Assembly: GCF_009914755.1 (NCBI RefSeq)
Contig: NC_060932.1
Source of the DNA: the human T2T-CHM13v2.0 reference genome, Homo sapiens
DNA length: 64,000 nt
Direction: 5' to 3' (one strand)
Positions 26,091-39,044 of this stretch are shown one piece after another. Numbering within the stretch: position 1 is the first letter of the stretch; the number at the start of each line of letters is the position of its first letter. The position numbers and the translations under genes were made by a program. The notes beneath the pieces were generated by a model that worked only from the letters and a program-made list of their open reading frames with translations, had not been told where the DNA came from and made no database searches.

Positions 26091-28001
26091 TCTCCAATCA
26101 GTAATATGTCTGGAGATTATAAATCGCTTTTGCCTTCCTGCTACAACCACTTAGCATGGAAAATAAAACTAACAAAGGCACTGGGCACCATGGGAAATGC
26201 AGGTCCCTGGCTCACTGTGAGGAATGGGGTTTTTTGGCAGGGCTAAGCCAGATGGGAACCCGAGGCTTCTCAATATTTATGCCAATGGCTTTACTGGAGT
26301 CACACAATCTCTGAAAGGTCACCTGCCTCAAGGTCCAGGGAAGAGTGGGAAGGCTCTGCTTGCCTCTGACTTGAAGACATTGAACAACTCTTGGGAATCA
26401 GACAAGGAAGTTTTAAAGGGGCGTCAATGGGCCTGCATTTAGAACAAATACTTAGAACAGTACTTCTTCGAGGCCCTGTCGGGAGCCACCGCATACCCTC
26501 AGTTGATTGATAGAAACCAGTGTGTTGTAATACTTTCCTTTATGTGGGTCTTGGGCTTGCTTTCTCTAGCATCTCATTGGCTCCTGACTTGCTCACCTGC
26601 CTAGTGAGCCACTGCACAGAGCATCTGGTTCTCTGCTGAATGCACAGGTACCATCTGTGCTGCAGAGGGTAGCTGACATTCTGTTTGGGAGCATCCAGAA
26701 TAGCCATAGGGAAGCAGCACCCCGTGGGACACAGAACAGCCTTGGCTACTTTTTCAGCTCAGACTTCTCTCACTATGCTCATCCCCTATCAGGTTTATGG
26801 CTCTGGTGAAAATGGAAGAAAACCATACAAGACAATGGATTCCTAGTTGTGCAATCTGAAATTGTCTGCTGCTGAGTCGACTATAACTCAATAGGACTCA
26901 GCTGAATTTCTTTTATTTGCCTGCTGAAATCCTCCAGTGTCACAAGCATGACGTTGGAGCATAAAATCTATATGAACTTTTATTTGTCACCATATGCATT
27001 CTGAAATACTGAAGAAATAATTTCTTAGTAATGGCATCCCCCAACCAAACCTACGAGTTTTCGACCACAGACATAAGCTTGTTTTTGTGGGACATGACGC
27101 TTGTCCCCACATCTTCCCTTATAAGTCTTCAAGGTCCCTCTAGGATAAAATCCAAACTCCATGAGTACCGAGACCCTTCCTCAGTTTTGCCTCATAACAT
27201 TATCTGCTTTCTACTCCAAGGAAATTGGAACTGCTCGGGATCTAACATCATCGTATCTCCAGGCCCTTCCTAGTCTCCACTAGAAGGTTCTCCCCCTCTC
27301 TCACACAGCACTAACTACAACAAGGATGGTGATGAGACTATAATGAGAAGACATCAAAAATACTAGCTCCACGTAGTATTCAAACTCTTCCCAAATACTA
27401 ACATAATTCTCATAAGGTGTCTGCAAGACAGATCGTATTATTCTAACTTTACCAATGAGGACACTGAGTCACAAAGGGTTTAGGTAACTTCCCAGGTCAA
27501 ACAGAAAGATAGACAAATTTGAATCTAGGACACAGGTTTTAGAGATTGGTGAATGCATCACCCTTTAGCACTGGACTAGCATCTATTAAAAGAACAGAAG
27601 GCTCACTTCTCTGGATTTTAGCAATTTTATCTAGCAGAGAAAGGAAAATATTGAAGGCAAGATAACTAATTTTTAATGTGAAACTACTGGGTGTCAGAAA
27701 ACAAGGTGCTTCCAGGTACACTGTCTGCCTTCTTTCATCTCATAACACAGCTATGAGGACCCAGGCTCAAAGAGCCTAGGCAGATAATTGCAGGTCATCT
27801 GGCCAGTTAGCACACCTGAGGTCCATCACAGGCGCCCATCTTGGAACACGACGGGAGGTCTTCCCTCCTCTTCCTTCTCTCTCAGGGCTCCGGGTTCCAA
27901 AGAGAAGCCACACAGCACAGCCCCTAGGAGGGTGGGAAGCCCAGGAGCACCCCTTCTGCAGCAGCACCTGCAGAATCCTGGAGTGGATGCTCTGGCTCTG
28001 A

Positions 28002-28019
28002 GCCACAAGAGGGCGCTGC
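28002..28019 (+). promoter_or_regulatory. Candidate CTCF binding motif
   Basis: GCCACAAGAGGGCGCTGC compared with consensus CCAC(C/T)AG(A/G)GGGCGC; lies in GC/CpG-richer unique sequence. Motif match only. Confidence 0.6.
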
Positions 28020-28612
28020 AGGCCCAGGAAGAGGCGGCCGCGGGGCCTCTACCTCCCACCTCCTCCATCGTCTCACTCTGGTCTCTAGACAGAGGCTCTC
28101 TCAGGATTCACTGAAACAGAACTCAGTGCAAACAGCACAATTTAGAAAAGGCAACAAAACCAGCCCACGCCTCTTTCTACTCATAGATTTTATAGCCCAG
28201 TGGAATCCACCCTCCACATCCCTCTAAGCCAGGATGACTCGTCTGCTCACCCTACGGCAGCCCGACGCCAGCATCTGTCCTGGGCTTACTTTATTGCATT
28301 TCCTAGAATCGAAGGCTAAACTCCTGGAAAGGGTCCGCTGGAGCTCCTTGCATCCCTGGCCCCAGCCTTTGCCGGTCTGATGGACTTGGCCCACTCTGCC
28401 CAGGACTATTGGCCAGACTTTATCATTGCCATCATCTTCATAAGTTAAAACTCACAGTTACAGTAGAACAGCATCAGCAATAGCTAACATTTGCTCAGTA
28501 CTTTGTTAGGCACTAGGCCCAAAATTTTAATCCTCCCAACAACCACACAGGTAAGAACTTGTCATCCTCTTTTAGAAAAAAGAGAACTGAGTCTCAAATG
28601 TCATGAATACAC

Positions 28613-28700
28613 GTCAACACCAGCATGTGAAGTCACGTCTGTTTGGCATCAGTCTGTCAACCCCAGCATGTGAAGTCACATCTGCTTGGCATCAGTCTGT
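28613..28700. repeat. 43-bp tandem duplication
   Basis: GTCAAC(A/C)CCAGCATGTGAAGTCAC(G/A)TCTG(T/C)TTGGCATCAGTCT x2, 3 mismatches. Confidence 0.95.
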
Positions 28701-31440
28701 GGTCCTTCTGCTGAATTGAGCCATTCTGGTTCTCTGATCACTTTGAGTCCACGACCTGGATATATGAAAGTCAGACTCTCATTCTTTTGCTCATTTATTC
28801 AACAAGTAATTATTAAGCACCTACTGTATACTCACACACTCTGACTATACATGCAATATAATTTGATATGGAGTCTGACCCTGAACTATGGTAAATATCA
28901 CCCCAGGATTGTTCTAAGCACACTATTCAGGAACCAAGAAGACAGTGATTCCGAAAGACAGGTAATGAGGTGACCAAAATTACCAGGATAATACAGAATG
29001 GCAGACTATTTAGTACTGTTCTCAGTTCCTCTCTCTCACCAAGGCCATCTGGATCTATGCCCTCCTCTTGCCACTCTTGATCAGGCTGCAGGTGGCTCTT
29101 TGGGGATACTCTTTTATCTTGTATTAAAACGCTGAGTCAGATTTTCTCCAAAAGGACTTACGACTGTGGATGGATATGCCTGAATCCATGGACATCTCTA
29201 AATACTGGAGAGAGGGCTCGTTTCCAAAATGAACCTAGCAGAGGCAGCCCAGTGACACAGACATCGAGCAATATCTTAGAGCTAACGGTGGATGCAAGGA
29301 GAGGCTGCATGAAGGCCGTGGAAGAGACAGGGAGGTCTGAGTCCTTGAAATACCATTCAGCCGTGTGAACTTGGACCTTCTCCCCATCATCTCTAAGCCT
29401 CATTCTCCTCACTTGTAAAAGAGAAAGTGAGATTTAATAAGCTTTCCACCTTATTCCTGTTTTAGTAATCACCAATTTTATTATACAGCTCACTATTAGC
29501 GGTCTGACATCATCTCTAAATCTAATCTCTAATATGCAATATCCTCATCTTGGAAATAGGGATAACATTAATGTCCTTGAAACATTGACATAAGAATTAG
29601 ATAGAAAACGTTCGTATACCTTGCACTTGCTTATAACAGGGACCCAACACATCATAGCCATAGCTGTAATTAGCAAAATAAAGGTCGATAACGGAAAACT
29701 AAAATCAGAAATGCAATTCCTCGGGGCATGAGACTCCATCCTAATGAATTTCCTGGTTCCGCAAAGGAGGCGGCTGTCAAATCCCCTCCATGAGTCATCA
29801 GCTCCCTCCTCCTTCCTAAGGTCCTCTCTTCTGTGACTCCAAGCCTCCACTGTTCTGGAGAAGGGGGTGAGGGTGAGCCAAGGCTGATCAATGAGGCCAC
29901 AGAGTGCTTGGGATGGGGGTGGAGTGATTGTTTGTTCACCAGAAAAAAAAAATGAGGAGGTTGGACATGATGAGGCATAAAGGCCCTTTCAGGTGGGAGA
30001 TCTGAAATTGGCAGAGGCCCAGAGAGAGGAAGTGACTCACCCCAAATCATACAGCTAGAAAGACTAGGCAGAGCTTGAATTTAAACATTGCTTTAAAAAA
30101 AAAACAAAAACAAAAAACCCAACTGCAAGAGTGTCAGTGAGGCCTGGGCTTAGAAGTTCCAGAACCTGTGTTGTTGTCCTTGTCGTCTATCAGTACTGGA
30201 AGCAAGACACATGCTGTGTGTGCAGGGGGTTCATAGGAGGCGCCGTATTTATACCTGTCTGTGCTTTGTGGTCATAAATTAATTCTGAGGTCATCAGAGA
30301 GACAAAAGAGGATGAGCAGAGACGTCCCTGTTCTTCCTAAGGAGAAGGGATGACCTATGACCATCCTTGCCCAGACTAACGTCATTAACATACAAAAACA
30401 CAGACACACTGGAGCAGGACAGGTCAGTCCATGGAGAACAGAAAGAAAGGAAGGTCATCAAGGCCAACTTTGGCGGTGCCCAGCAAGAGCTGCCCTGGGC
30501 CCAGCTGCCTTCACCCCAAGGACACTCGCAGCTGCATGCCCTGAAGCCAGGAAAATTTCGAACCATCCAATCAGCAGCCTCTGCTCTGAGTCACAAAATC
30601 ACATCTGCAAGAGCCCCTGTATGGAAGAAAACTGAGTCATCTTCTCCTTTCACAATAATAAAAATAGTTCCCTCATTTGAGCACTCATGATATGCTAAAT
30701 GCTTTACATTTTAGCTCACAAACATCATATAAGGTAGTTCCCATTTATCCCCATTTTGAATAAACAAATGCAAAGAAAGGTAAATTATCTTTTTTTAAAA
30801 CCTAAGCTCTAAAAGCTAGAAATTGGCAGTCTTGATTTCAGACAGATCTGCCTGACTCCAAAAGGTTTCTGCTAGGATACTCTGCTGTCTGAAACTTCTT
30901 CTACAGCCATGTCATATGTTGATATGTGATATGTAAGCATACATATAAACATACTTTAAATGTAAACATGGTAAATGTTCCTTAGGAGTAAATGGAAAAT
31001 TCAAGCAAATACAAGGACGATCACTGTGGGATAAATGTCAAAAATGTAATGTTTTACTCTAGCCTCTCTCCTCTTTGTGCACACACATTCAATGATGACA
31101 TACTTTTTCAATCTGCTTTGTTAAATGAATATATTGCCTGTATTTTGCACATTAATTATCAATATAATTCTAAATCATTGCCTGCTAGTTCATTATTTGG
31201 CTCTACCATAATTTATTCAACTGATCCCCTCACTGCAGGGTGTTTAATTGTTTTGTTTCTATCACAAATTACACTGTAACATTTGCACATGTAAATATTT
31301 GTGTGCATAGCTCTGACTATTTTCCTGAATTATTCAAAGGTTCCAGGTATTTCTGATAGGTCTGCTTAACAGGGAGAGAATGGGATTGACACATGAATAT
31401 ACATCTACCAGTGTGGCAGAACTACTTCTCATTGTAATTT

Positions 31441-31760
31441 AATAAAGTGGCGTTTGGTTCACTTTATCCACTCCTGCGCGATTAGCTAATGTGAGCGCCC
31501 TCTAAGCGAAGCCAACACCCCCGGGGGCTGTTGAAATCATCTTTCCGAGCCTGCAAGCCCCTGGATGCTGGTGCATTAATCAAGGTGAATGCTCCCTCGC
31601 GAGGCTTCCTGCCTGCCGGGCGGTGAACTAGCTCTCCTGAGAAAGATGCACACTCAACAGGCAATTGCTTTCCGTCCTGAACCTTTGTCCCAGAGGAAAG
31701 CAAACACTGATTGATCATTATAATTGTATGAATGAGAAATGTCATTCTTAGCCTCTGCCT
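31441..31760. promoter_or_regulatory. Candidate enhancer-like unique element
   Basis: Non-repeat sequence, about 12 CpG in 230 bp, TAAT/ATTA cores, TGATTGAT at 31708. Inferred from composition only. Confidence 0.45.
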
Positions 31761-31821
31761 TTTATAAATTCTTATGGATTCAAAGCCAGACAGTTGCTTC
31801 CCTCTTAGAAGGATTTACAAA

Positions 31822-32285
31822 TGAGAAAGACAAATTTTTTGTCTGAGGAATGTGAGCTCCTTGAAATTATCAGGCCCAGAGAGGCATTGAAATGTGGCAG
31901 TCACCTCTCACTCCCTGCCTGAGGTAAGTAATCACTTCTGGAAGCTACTTGCTATGTGGACTCTAGACTAGCTGACAGTAAGTAGCCAGAAATTAACCTA
32001 ACAATGCCAAACACTGGAAACCATAACTCATATTCTAAACCTGAATAACATGAGCCAATAACATATCAACATCATTCCTGTAAAACAGTGAGATTACCTG
32101 AAACACGACTTTTGTAATCGCCCCCTCTCCTGAGTTGTCCTTTTTTCTCTCAAATCTCTAGCTGCCGTCTTTGTTCTCTACAGCATTTCCCAGAGTGTCC
32201 TGAGCTGGGCAGCCGTGCTCAATCTTGGCCCAGATAAAACTCTCCATGTTAATTTTGCCTTGTTTTTTAGAATGTAAGTTGACAC
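31822..32285 (+). mobile_element. ERV1 (MER4-group, LTR54-like) solo LTR
   Basis: TCTGAGGAATGTGAG..AAATTATCAGGCCCAGAGAGGCATTGAAATG...TCAATCTTGGCCCAGATAAAACTCTC...GTTGACA. Confidence 0.7.
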
Positions 32286-32499
32286 ATATGTCTACAGATT
32301 CGTGACTCATGAATGGCCAGCTTAATAGGAAAGACAACACAACATTAAGCTCAGGAAGAACTTTCAGGGTTCCCCCAGGGTCTCCTCCACGCCTCTCCTC
32401 CTATCTAGTCCTGCCACACTCCCCCACACCCCACACATACATCATTACAAATGCTACACTCCCTGTCAACCTGCCGTTTCCCCAGCTCCTCTGGTCCCC

Positions 32500-32870
32500 C
32501 CCATCTCAGACCCACAGGGTGCTTCACTGAATTGTCAGAACTGTCTGCTGAAAGATTTCTCAGAAATTCCAGCCTTGGTGAAATCTCTTAATAGCTTTCT
32601 GCTGTGTCATGGAGGGGGAGCCCAAATTCAAGGTTCTTCAAAGTTGGCCACCAAACCACTTCTCCAGCTTCATTCCCCATAATAAAATAGCTCCAGCCAT
32701 TCTGAACTATTCATTTCCTACCCCAGTGTTCACCATTTCTTCCTCCTTACTTTGCTTATGCTTTTTACTCTGCCTACAACCTGCCTCTGCTGTAGCTTCG
32801 TTTCTGAAGCTGCCAAGTGACCTGCCTGTATCAGCTCCACTTCTTGGGTTCATCAGAAATGCCACCACCT
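32500..32870 (+). mobile_element. L2 fragment
   Basis: CCCAAATTCAAGG...ACTTCTCCAGCTTCATT...GCTCCAGCCATTCTGAACT...TTTGCTTATGCT resembles the L2 3' region. Confidence 0.5.
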
Positions 32871-33444
32871 AGATCGAATTCTCCCCTGAGGACTTCTGCC
32901 TCCAGCCATGATGGAGTGGCAAGCAGCAGAGCAATGCAACCTCAAGAACGAACAGAAGAGCCCACAGAGGAGCAGAAGATGTGTTCCAAGGAGTCAGATC
33001 GCTATGGCAGCATTTGGGATTTGGGGAACCAAGAGTTTTGAAAGGAAATGCAGAAAAATATACTCACACTCTGCACCTGACTTTTCCTCAGTGTGTTTGC
33101 CAATTCGTGATTGAGGGTATGGGGGCTACGATCCCACATAATCCAGCTGACAAAGGACCACTGCTGGAAGGCAGAGAAATCAGAATGAAAATCTTACAGG
33201 GCAGGAGAGACCCCAAAAATGGGGTTTGGGGGTGTCAAGGCAGCCAGGACTTAGGACCCAAGATGCCAGTAAGAAACTAGGCACAGAAAAGTGGGCCTAG
33301 CATTCAGCTGGTTTCTCTGCAAATCATTGATATTCAAGTAAGCAGTGCTTAGAGCCTAAGAAGATCAGCCAAAGCCACTGAAAACAATCGATTAATGTAG
33401 AGCATCATCCTAACGTGCTGAGAAGACAAACCTTGGTTCACAAC

Positions 33445-33782
33445 CAACAAAGACCACATGTTCTCACTTAAGTGGGAGCTGAATAATGAGAACACATGGG
33501 GGAAGAACAACGCACACTGGGGCCTGTCAGAGTTCTTCAGAGTTGGCCACCAAACCACTTCTCCAGCTTCATTCCCCCTTCCTTGTAAGGACCATAATAG
33601 CTCCAGCCTCCTGTGGGGAGTGGGAGGAGGGAGAGCATCAGTAAGAATGGATGCTGGGCTTAATACCTAGGTGATGGGATGATCTCTGCAGTGAGCCACC
33701 TATGGCACACGTTTACCTGTGTAAGAAACCTGCACATCCTGCACATGTACCCTGGAACTTTAAAGTTGGAAATAAAAATATA
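33445..33782 (+). mobile_element. L1PA (older, about PA8-16) 3'UTR carrying an internal templated insertion
   Basis: CCACATGTTCTCACTTAAGTGGGAGCTGAATAATGAGAACACATGG...GGCTTAATACCTAGGTGATGGG...AAACCTGCACATCCTGCACATGTACCC. Confidence 0.93.
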
Positions 33783-34199
33783 CAGCCTGAACTAGAAATG
33801 TCCTCTAAGCAGATCCCCTGTAAGGAGGATTTGTAATAAACAAATATAAAAACCTACAGATCTCAGGTGCTAGATGCTAAAAGAAAATAAGAGAAACTAA
33901 CAGGTAGAATAAAATTTTATTCTGTTTGTTCAAACACACACACACACACCTGGGAGGCCAGCTCACCCACTCAGCAAAACTCAGAGCCATAAACATCCTG
34001 CCACTTCCACACAAACACTCCCCCTGACCCCCAAGCTGTTGTACAAATATGAGATTAACCAAGTTCAGATGTGAGCCAGAAGCAGCCTTGAGCTTCCCCC
34101 CATTACCCTTGAAACAAGCAATATTGGTCATCTTTCATTTTTAGTACATGTACTCCCCTTCCTTCTCTCCCTCCCTCCCTCTCTTCATTCAGGAACTGT

Positions 34200-37100
34200 G
34201 GGACAATATAAAATGGTGACAACATAACAGGCAGACAACTGAAAAACCAAATGAACAAGAAAGAAAGGACATAAATAGTTGAAGTAATGGCTGGAAATAC
34301 TTCAAAATAGGTGACAGACACACAACCACAGATCCAAGAGGCTCAGAAAATACCAAGTAGGATGAACACCAAAAATAAAGTTACCCAGGCATATTATACT
34401 CCAACTGAGGGAAACCGAAAGAAAATATTAAAGGTAGCCAGAAAATGAAGTCTTAAGGAAAATTTAAACATTTTTTGAAGTTAAAATAATGCAATTATTA
34501 AAACTTACGAGATGCAGCAAAAGAAGTACTTAGAAGGAATTTAGAACATTAAATACCTATATTAAGAAAGCAGAAAGACCCAAAATTAGTAGCCTAAGCT
34601 TACACTTTAGGAAATTAGAAAAAGGAAAACAAAACTAAAAACAAGTAGAAGAAAGGAAATAGTAAAAATTGTAGCTGAAATAATGAAATCAAAAGCAGGA
34701 AATTAGAGGAAATCAGAATCAAAAGTTGACTCATTGAAAAGTTCAAATAAAATGGATAAACCTATAGCCAGGAAAATTGAAGAAAAAACACAAATCATGA
34801 TCAGAAATGAAAAAAGAGGTCATTGCTACTGATCCCATGGAAGTTAAAAAGATAAGGAAACACCATGAGCAACTCTATCATCATAAATTTGATAACTTAG
34901 ATGAAGTAGACTAATTTCTTGAAAAAAACAAAGCTTATTCAAGAAGAAATAGATAACCTAAATAGTCTTAAAGTGAGATCCATCCCAGAAAGGCAATGCA
35001 GGTTCAACCTTCATAAACCATTATAATTCATCATATTAACAGACTAAGAAATCATACAGATACAGAAAAAGCATTCTACAAAATGTAATACCAATTCATA
35101 ATAAAAACTCTCAAAAAACTAAGAATATACAGAAACTTCCTTCACTTAGTGAACAGTATTCATGAAAAATCTACAGCTAACATATTTAATGGTGGAAAAC
35201 TGAAACTTTCCTCCTGAGATTAGAAGCAAAGTATGTCCCCTTTTACCTAAACTCCTTTTTAACATCGTACTGGAAGTCCTTGCTGGTGCAATAATACAAG
35301 AACAAAAAATTGTCACACAGGTTAGAAAAGAAGTAAAACCATCTTTGTTTGTGGATAACATGATTGTCTATCTAAAAACCCCAAGGAACCTACAAACTAA
35401 TTTTTGGAGTTAATAAGCAAGCTTAGCAAGGTTGCAGGACACGTGGTCATTTGCTTTCTTATGTATCAGCAATGAACGATTAGAATTTGAAGTTTTTTGA
35501 AAACCATGGTAGCTCCAAAATATAAGTATAAATACAACAATGCATGTGCAGGGTCTGTATGCAGAACTACAAAGAAATCAAAGATCTAACTGTGAGAACA
35601 GCCAAAACAATTCTGAAAAAGAAAATGCAGAACTCACATTACCCAATTTTAAGACTTACAAGACTCTTGATTTCTGTAAACTTTTATAGTATTAGTGAAA
35701 AGATAAATTATCAATGGAATAAAATAAAGAGCCCAGATAATGGTATACTCAGTCTGATTTTTAACAAGGTGGAAAGGCAATTCAATGAAGAAAAGAGTCT
35801 TTTCTTTCAATACACAGTACTGGAACAATCGGACTTCCAAAAGCAAAACAAAAAACTTCAATACCTCACGTCTCACACTGAAACATTAGCTCAAAATGGA
35901 TCACACACTTGATGTAAAACACAAAAATAGAAAACTTCTACAAGACAACTTGGGAGAAAATCCCCATGAACTTGAGTTTGTGATGAGTTTTCAGACACAT
36001 CACTGAAAGCACGATCCATGAAAAAAATTAATAAATTGAACTTTAAATAGAAAACTTTTGCTCTGTGAAGACATTATTAAGAGAATGAAAAGAGAAACTA
36101 CAGATTAGGAGAAAATATTTGCAAAAGACATATCTGATAAATGACTTTTGTTCAAGATACACAAAGAACCCTTAGAACCTTATAAGAAAACAAATAACCC
36201 AATTTAATAATGAGCAAAAGATTTGTACTGGCATCCACCAAGGAAGATAGACAGATGGAAAATAAGCATATGAAAGGATGCTTGACATCATTTGTCATTC
36301 AAGAAACACTAATTAAAAACAAAATGAGATAACACACCTGTTAGAATGACTCAATGCAAAAAAAAAAAAAATTGACAATACCGGTTATTGGCAAGGATAT
36401 GGAACACCAAATTCTCATTCATTGCTGATGGGAATAGAAAATTGCACAACTACTATGGAAGACAGTTTTGCAGTTTCTTATAAAGTTAAACATATGCTTA
36501 TCCTACAGCCTAACCATCACACTCTTAGGTATTTGCTCACCCACACAAGAATGTTTATAATAGCTTAATTCCTAATTGCCAAAAACTGGAAGCAACAAGG
36601 CAAGATGTCTTAACCATTAAATAGACAAGACAAAGTACAGTACAGCTATACGATGGAATACCATTTAGCAATAACAAGAAATGAACTATTAATCCACACG
36701 AAACATGGATGAATCCTAAATAGATTTCATGAACTGAAAGAAGCCAGATGTAAAAAGCTACATCCTCCATCTTGTATAATTCCGATCATATGGCATTCTG
36801 GCAAAGGCAAAACTCCAGAGACTTAAAACCCATCAGTGCTTGTCAGAGGTTTTGGGGAGGAGGAGGTTATCTGTCTAGAGGATGCCCAGGGCACATCCTT
36901 GTGATGGTGGCACTAGTCTGTATGGCGCATTCTGTAGCACTGGATACATGATGCTACACGCTGGTCAAAATTCACGAATTTATAGCACAAAACGTGGACC
37001 TTAATGTATAAAAGTTTTGAAAAATCAGTTGGGAAATCGGGGATCTCAAGATGGACTACTGTGACAAATTAACGTGTTACAGAGGTAATAGAGAACCTCC

Positions 37101-37420
37101 CTGCAGGGGTGAAGGATAATGGTGCTGACCTTTGGAAAGTGATGTCTTGACTGGAAACTGGAAGATTAAAAACAGAAGGAATTTTACATCAACACTGGGA
37201 TCTTAATAACTTATTGGTTTCTCATGAGGGTGTAGATGAACCATTCAGAAACTGTTGCTGGATGGACTAAATAAACAGATGGTGGAAGATAGGGACAAGG
37301 TTTCTCACTATTGGAGGGAGAAGTTGCAGATAATTAAGAGGCAAAGTCTAGAATGAACCATGTGGGACTGGATCAGGGTCAGAGACTCCAGTATGAACTC
37401 AGGGTTAGCTTTAGATACAA
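34200..37420 (+). mobile_element. Old L1M (MC/MD-type) ORF1-ORF2-3'UTR fragments
   Basis: CCACAGATCCAAGAGGCTCAGAAAATACCAAG (ORF1); GATACAGAAAAAGCATT, GTACTGGAAGTCCTTGC (ORF2); L1MC/MD-type 3'UTR at ~36.7-37.4 kb. Confidence 0.85.
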
Positions 37421-37429
37421 AGTAATCTG

Positions 37430-38400
37430 TTCAAAATACATTGTTAGGAAGATGAAAAGACTACACATCAGGAAAAAAATTTGCAAATCACACATCTGAC
37501 AAAAAGACTTAAATCCATAATATACAAGGAAATTTCAAAATTTAGGAAGAAGAAAACAACTCAGTAAGTGGTCAAAGATTTGAACATACCACTCACCAGA
37601 GAATACATACAAATGACAAATAAGCAGGTGAAAAGAGTCTTAGCCTCATTAGTCATTAAGGAAATGCAAATTAAAACCACAATAATTCAGTGCTGGTTAA
37701 GATGTGGGTCACCTGGAACTGTCATACATTACCAGTAGGAAGTCATACATTACCAGTAGGAAGGTAAATGATAACAGTCAGTTGGAAAAACAGCTTGACA
37801 GTTTCTTAAAGTTAAACATGCCTTTTTTTTTTTTTTTTTTAAATACAAAACCCAGTAGTCTTTCCTAAGCATTTACCCCAGGTGAAATGAAAATTAGGTT
37901 TACACAGAAACCTTTACCTGAATGTTGGCAGTGATTCTGTTCATAATCACCAAAAACTGGAAACAGCTCAGATATTTAACATGTGAATAATACATGAACA
38001 ACATGTAAATAACACGAGATAAATAACACTTGAATTTAACACATGGATAAACTCACTATGTTATACCCACACAATAGAATCTTAACAATAAAAAGGAATG
38101 AACTGCCGCACCCAGAAATGTGGATGGATAGATGCCAAACCTACTATGCCCAACGAAAGACACCAGGCTCAAGAGGCTACACGCTGTGTGATTTCATTTT
38201 TATGACATTCTTGCAAAGGCAAAACTATAGGAAAAACAGATCGACTGACATTGCTTCTGGACAGGGGGATGGATCAGCCACAGGGGGGGCATGTCAGCAT
38301 TTTTTGGAGTGGAGCTTTTCTATGTTTTGATTTTTGGTAGTTACACAATTTTATGCATTTGTCAAACCCTGCAGAACTGTACACTACAATAAGTAAATGG
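37430..38400 (+). mobile_element. L1MB/ME-type ORF2 end and 3'UTR
   Basis: TTTGCAAATCACACATCTGAC...TCATTAGTCATTAAGGAAATGCAAATTAAAACCAC...GGCAAAACTATAGG...ATTTGTCAAACCCTGCAGAACTGTACAC. Confidence 0.85.
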
Positions 38401-39044
38401 TACTGTAGAATAATGCTGTGCCTTAAAGGGTCTCTATCAAGTACCCTGTAAAACAGAAGCATCAGAAGTGAGTTCGATGGGGAAGGATCACTCGGATGAA
38501 AAAATGCCCCTTAGCCCTCTCCAAGTGTAACCTCCCATCTCTTGGTCTGTGTACAAGAGGTATGGAATGGGTATGAGGCATGGAATTCCAGAAACTAGAA
38601 TGCATTTGTTCAAATGCATATTCAGTGGGAAACATAAACAAAGTAAGAAGACATGTAGCTTCCATTTCTCCCCTAGGAAGTCAGGATGCAGAAGCAGAGC
38701 TTTCCAGCAGATTTTGAGCAGTCACGGAGGTCGTGGATCAGGGTCAAGGCACGCTACTATGGCAGGCTGTGTCACGGTAATACTCACACATAAGAGTTGA
38801 CCACACCGGCAAAACAACAATCTTTGGTTTTCCTGTTTTCCCTTCTGCAACCACTTTCCTTTTCATGCTCTTTTCCCCCCAATTCATTTGAATTTTTCTC
38901 CTCTTATTGTTTGGCAGAGCTTAAGGGTCATTATTTTATATTAAACTGAAGAACGCAGGAAAGAACTGGGCTCGCAGTTCTGCATAAAATGAAAGGTAAT
39001 TTTTAAAAATGTTAATAGAGGACATGATGTGCTTTGGGAGAGTG

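Noticed and set aside
38430-38462. Minus-strand splice acceptor TGCTTCTGTTTTACAG
   Set aside because: No convincing partner donor; it leads into antisense L1, and isolated acceptor-like sites are common.
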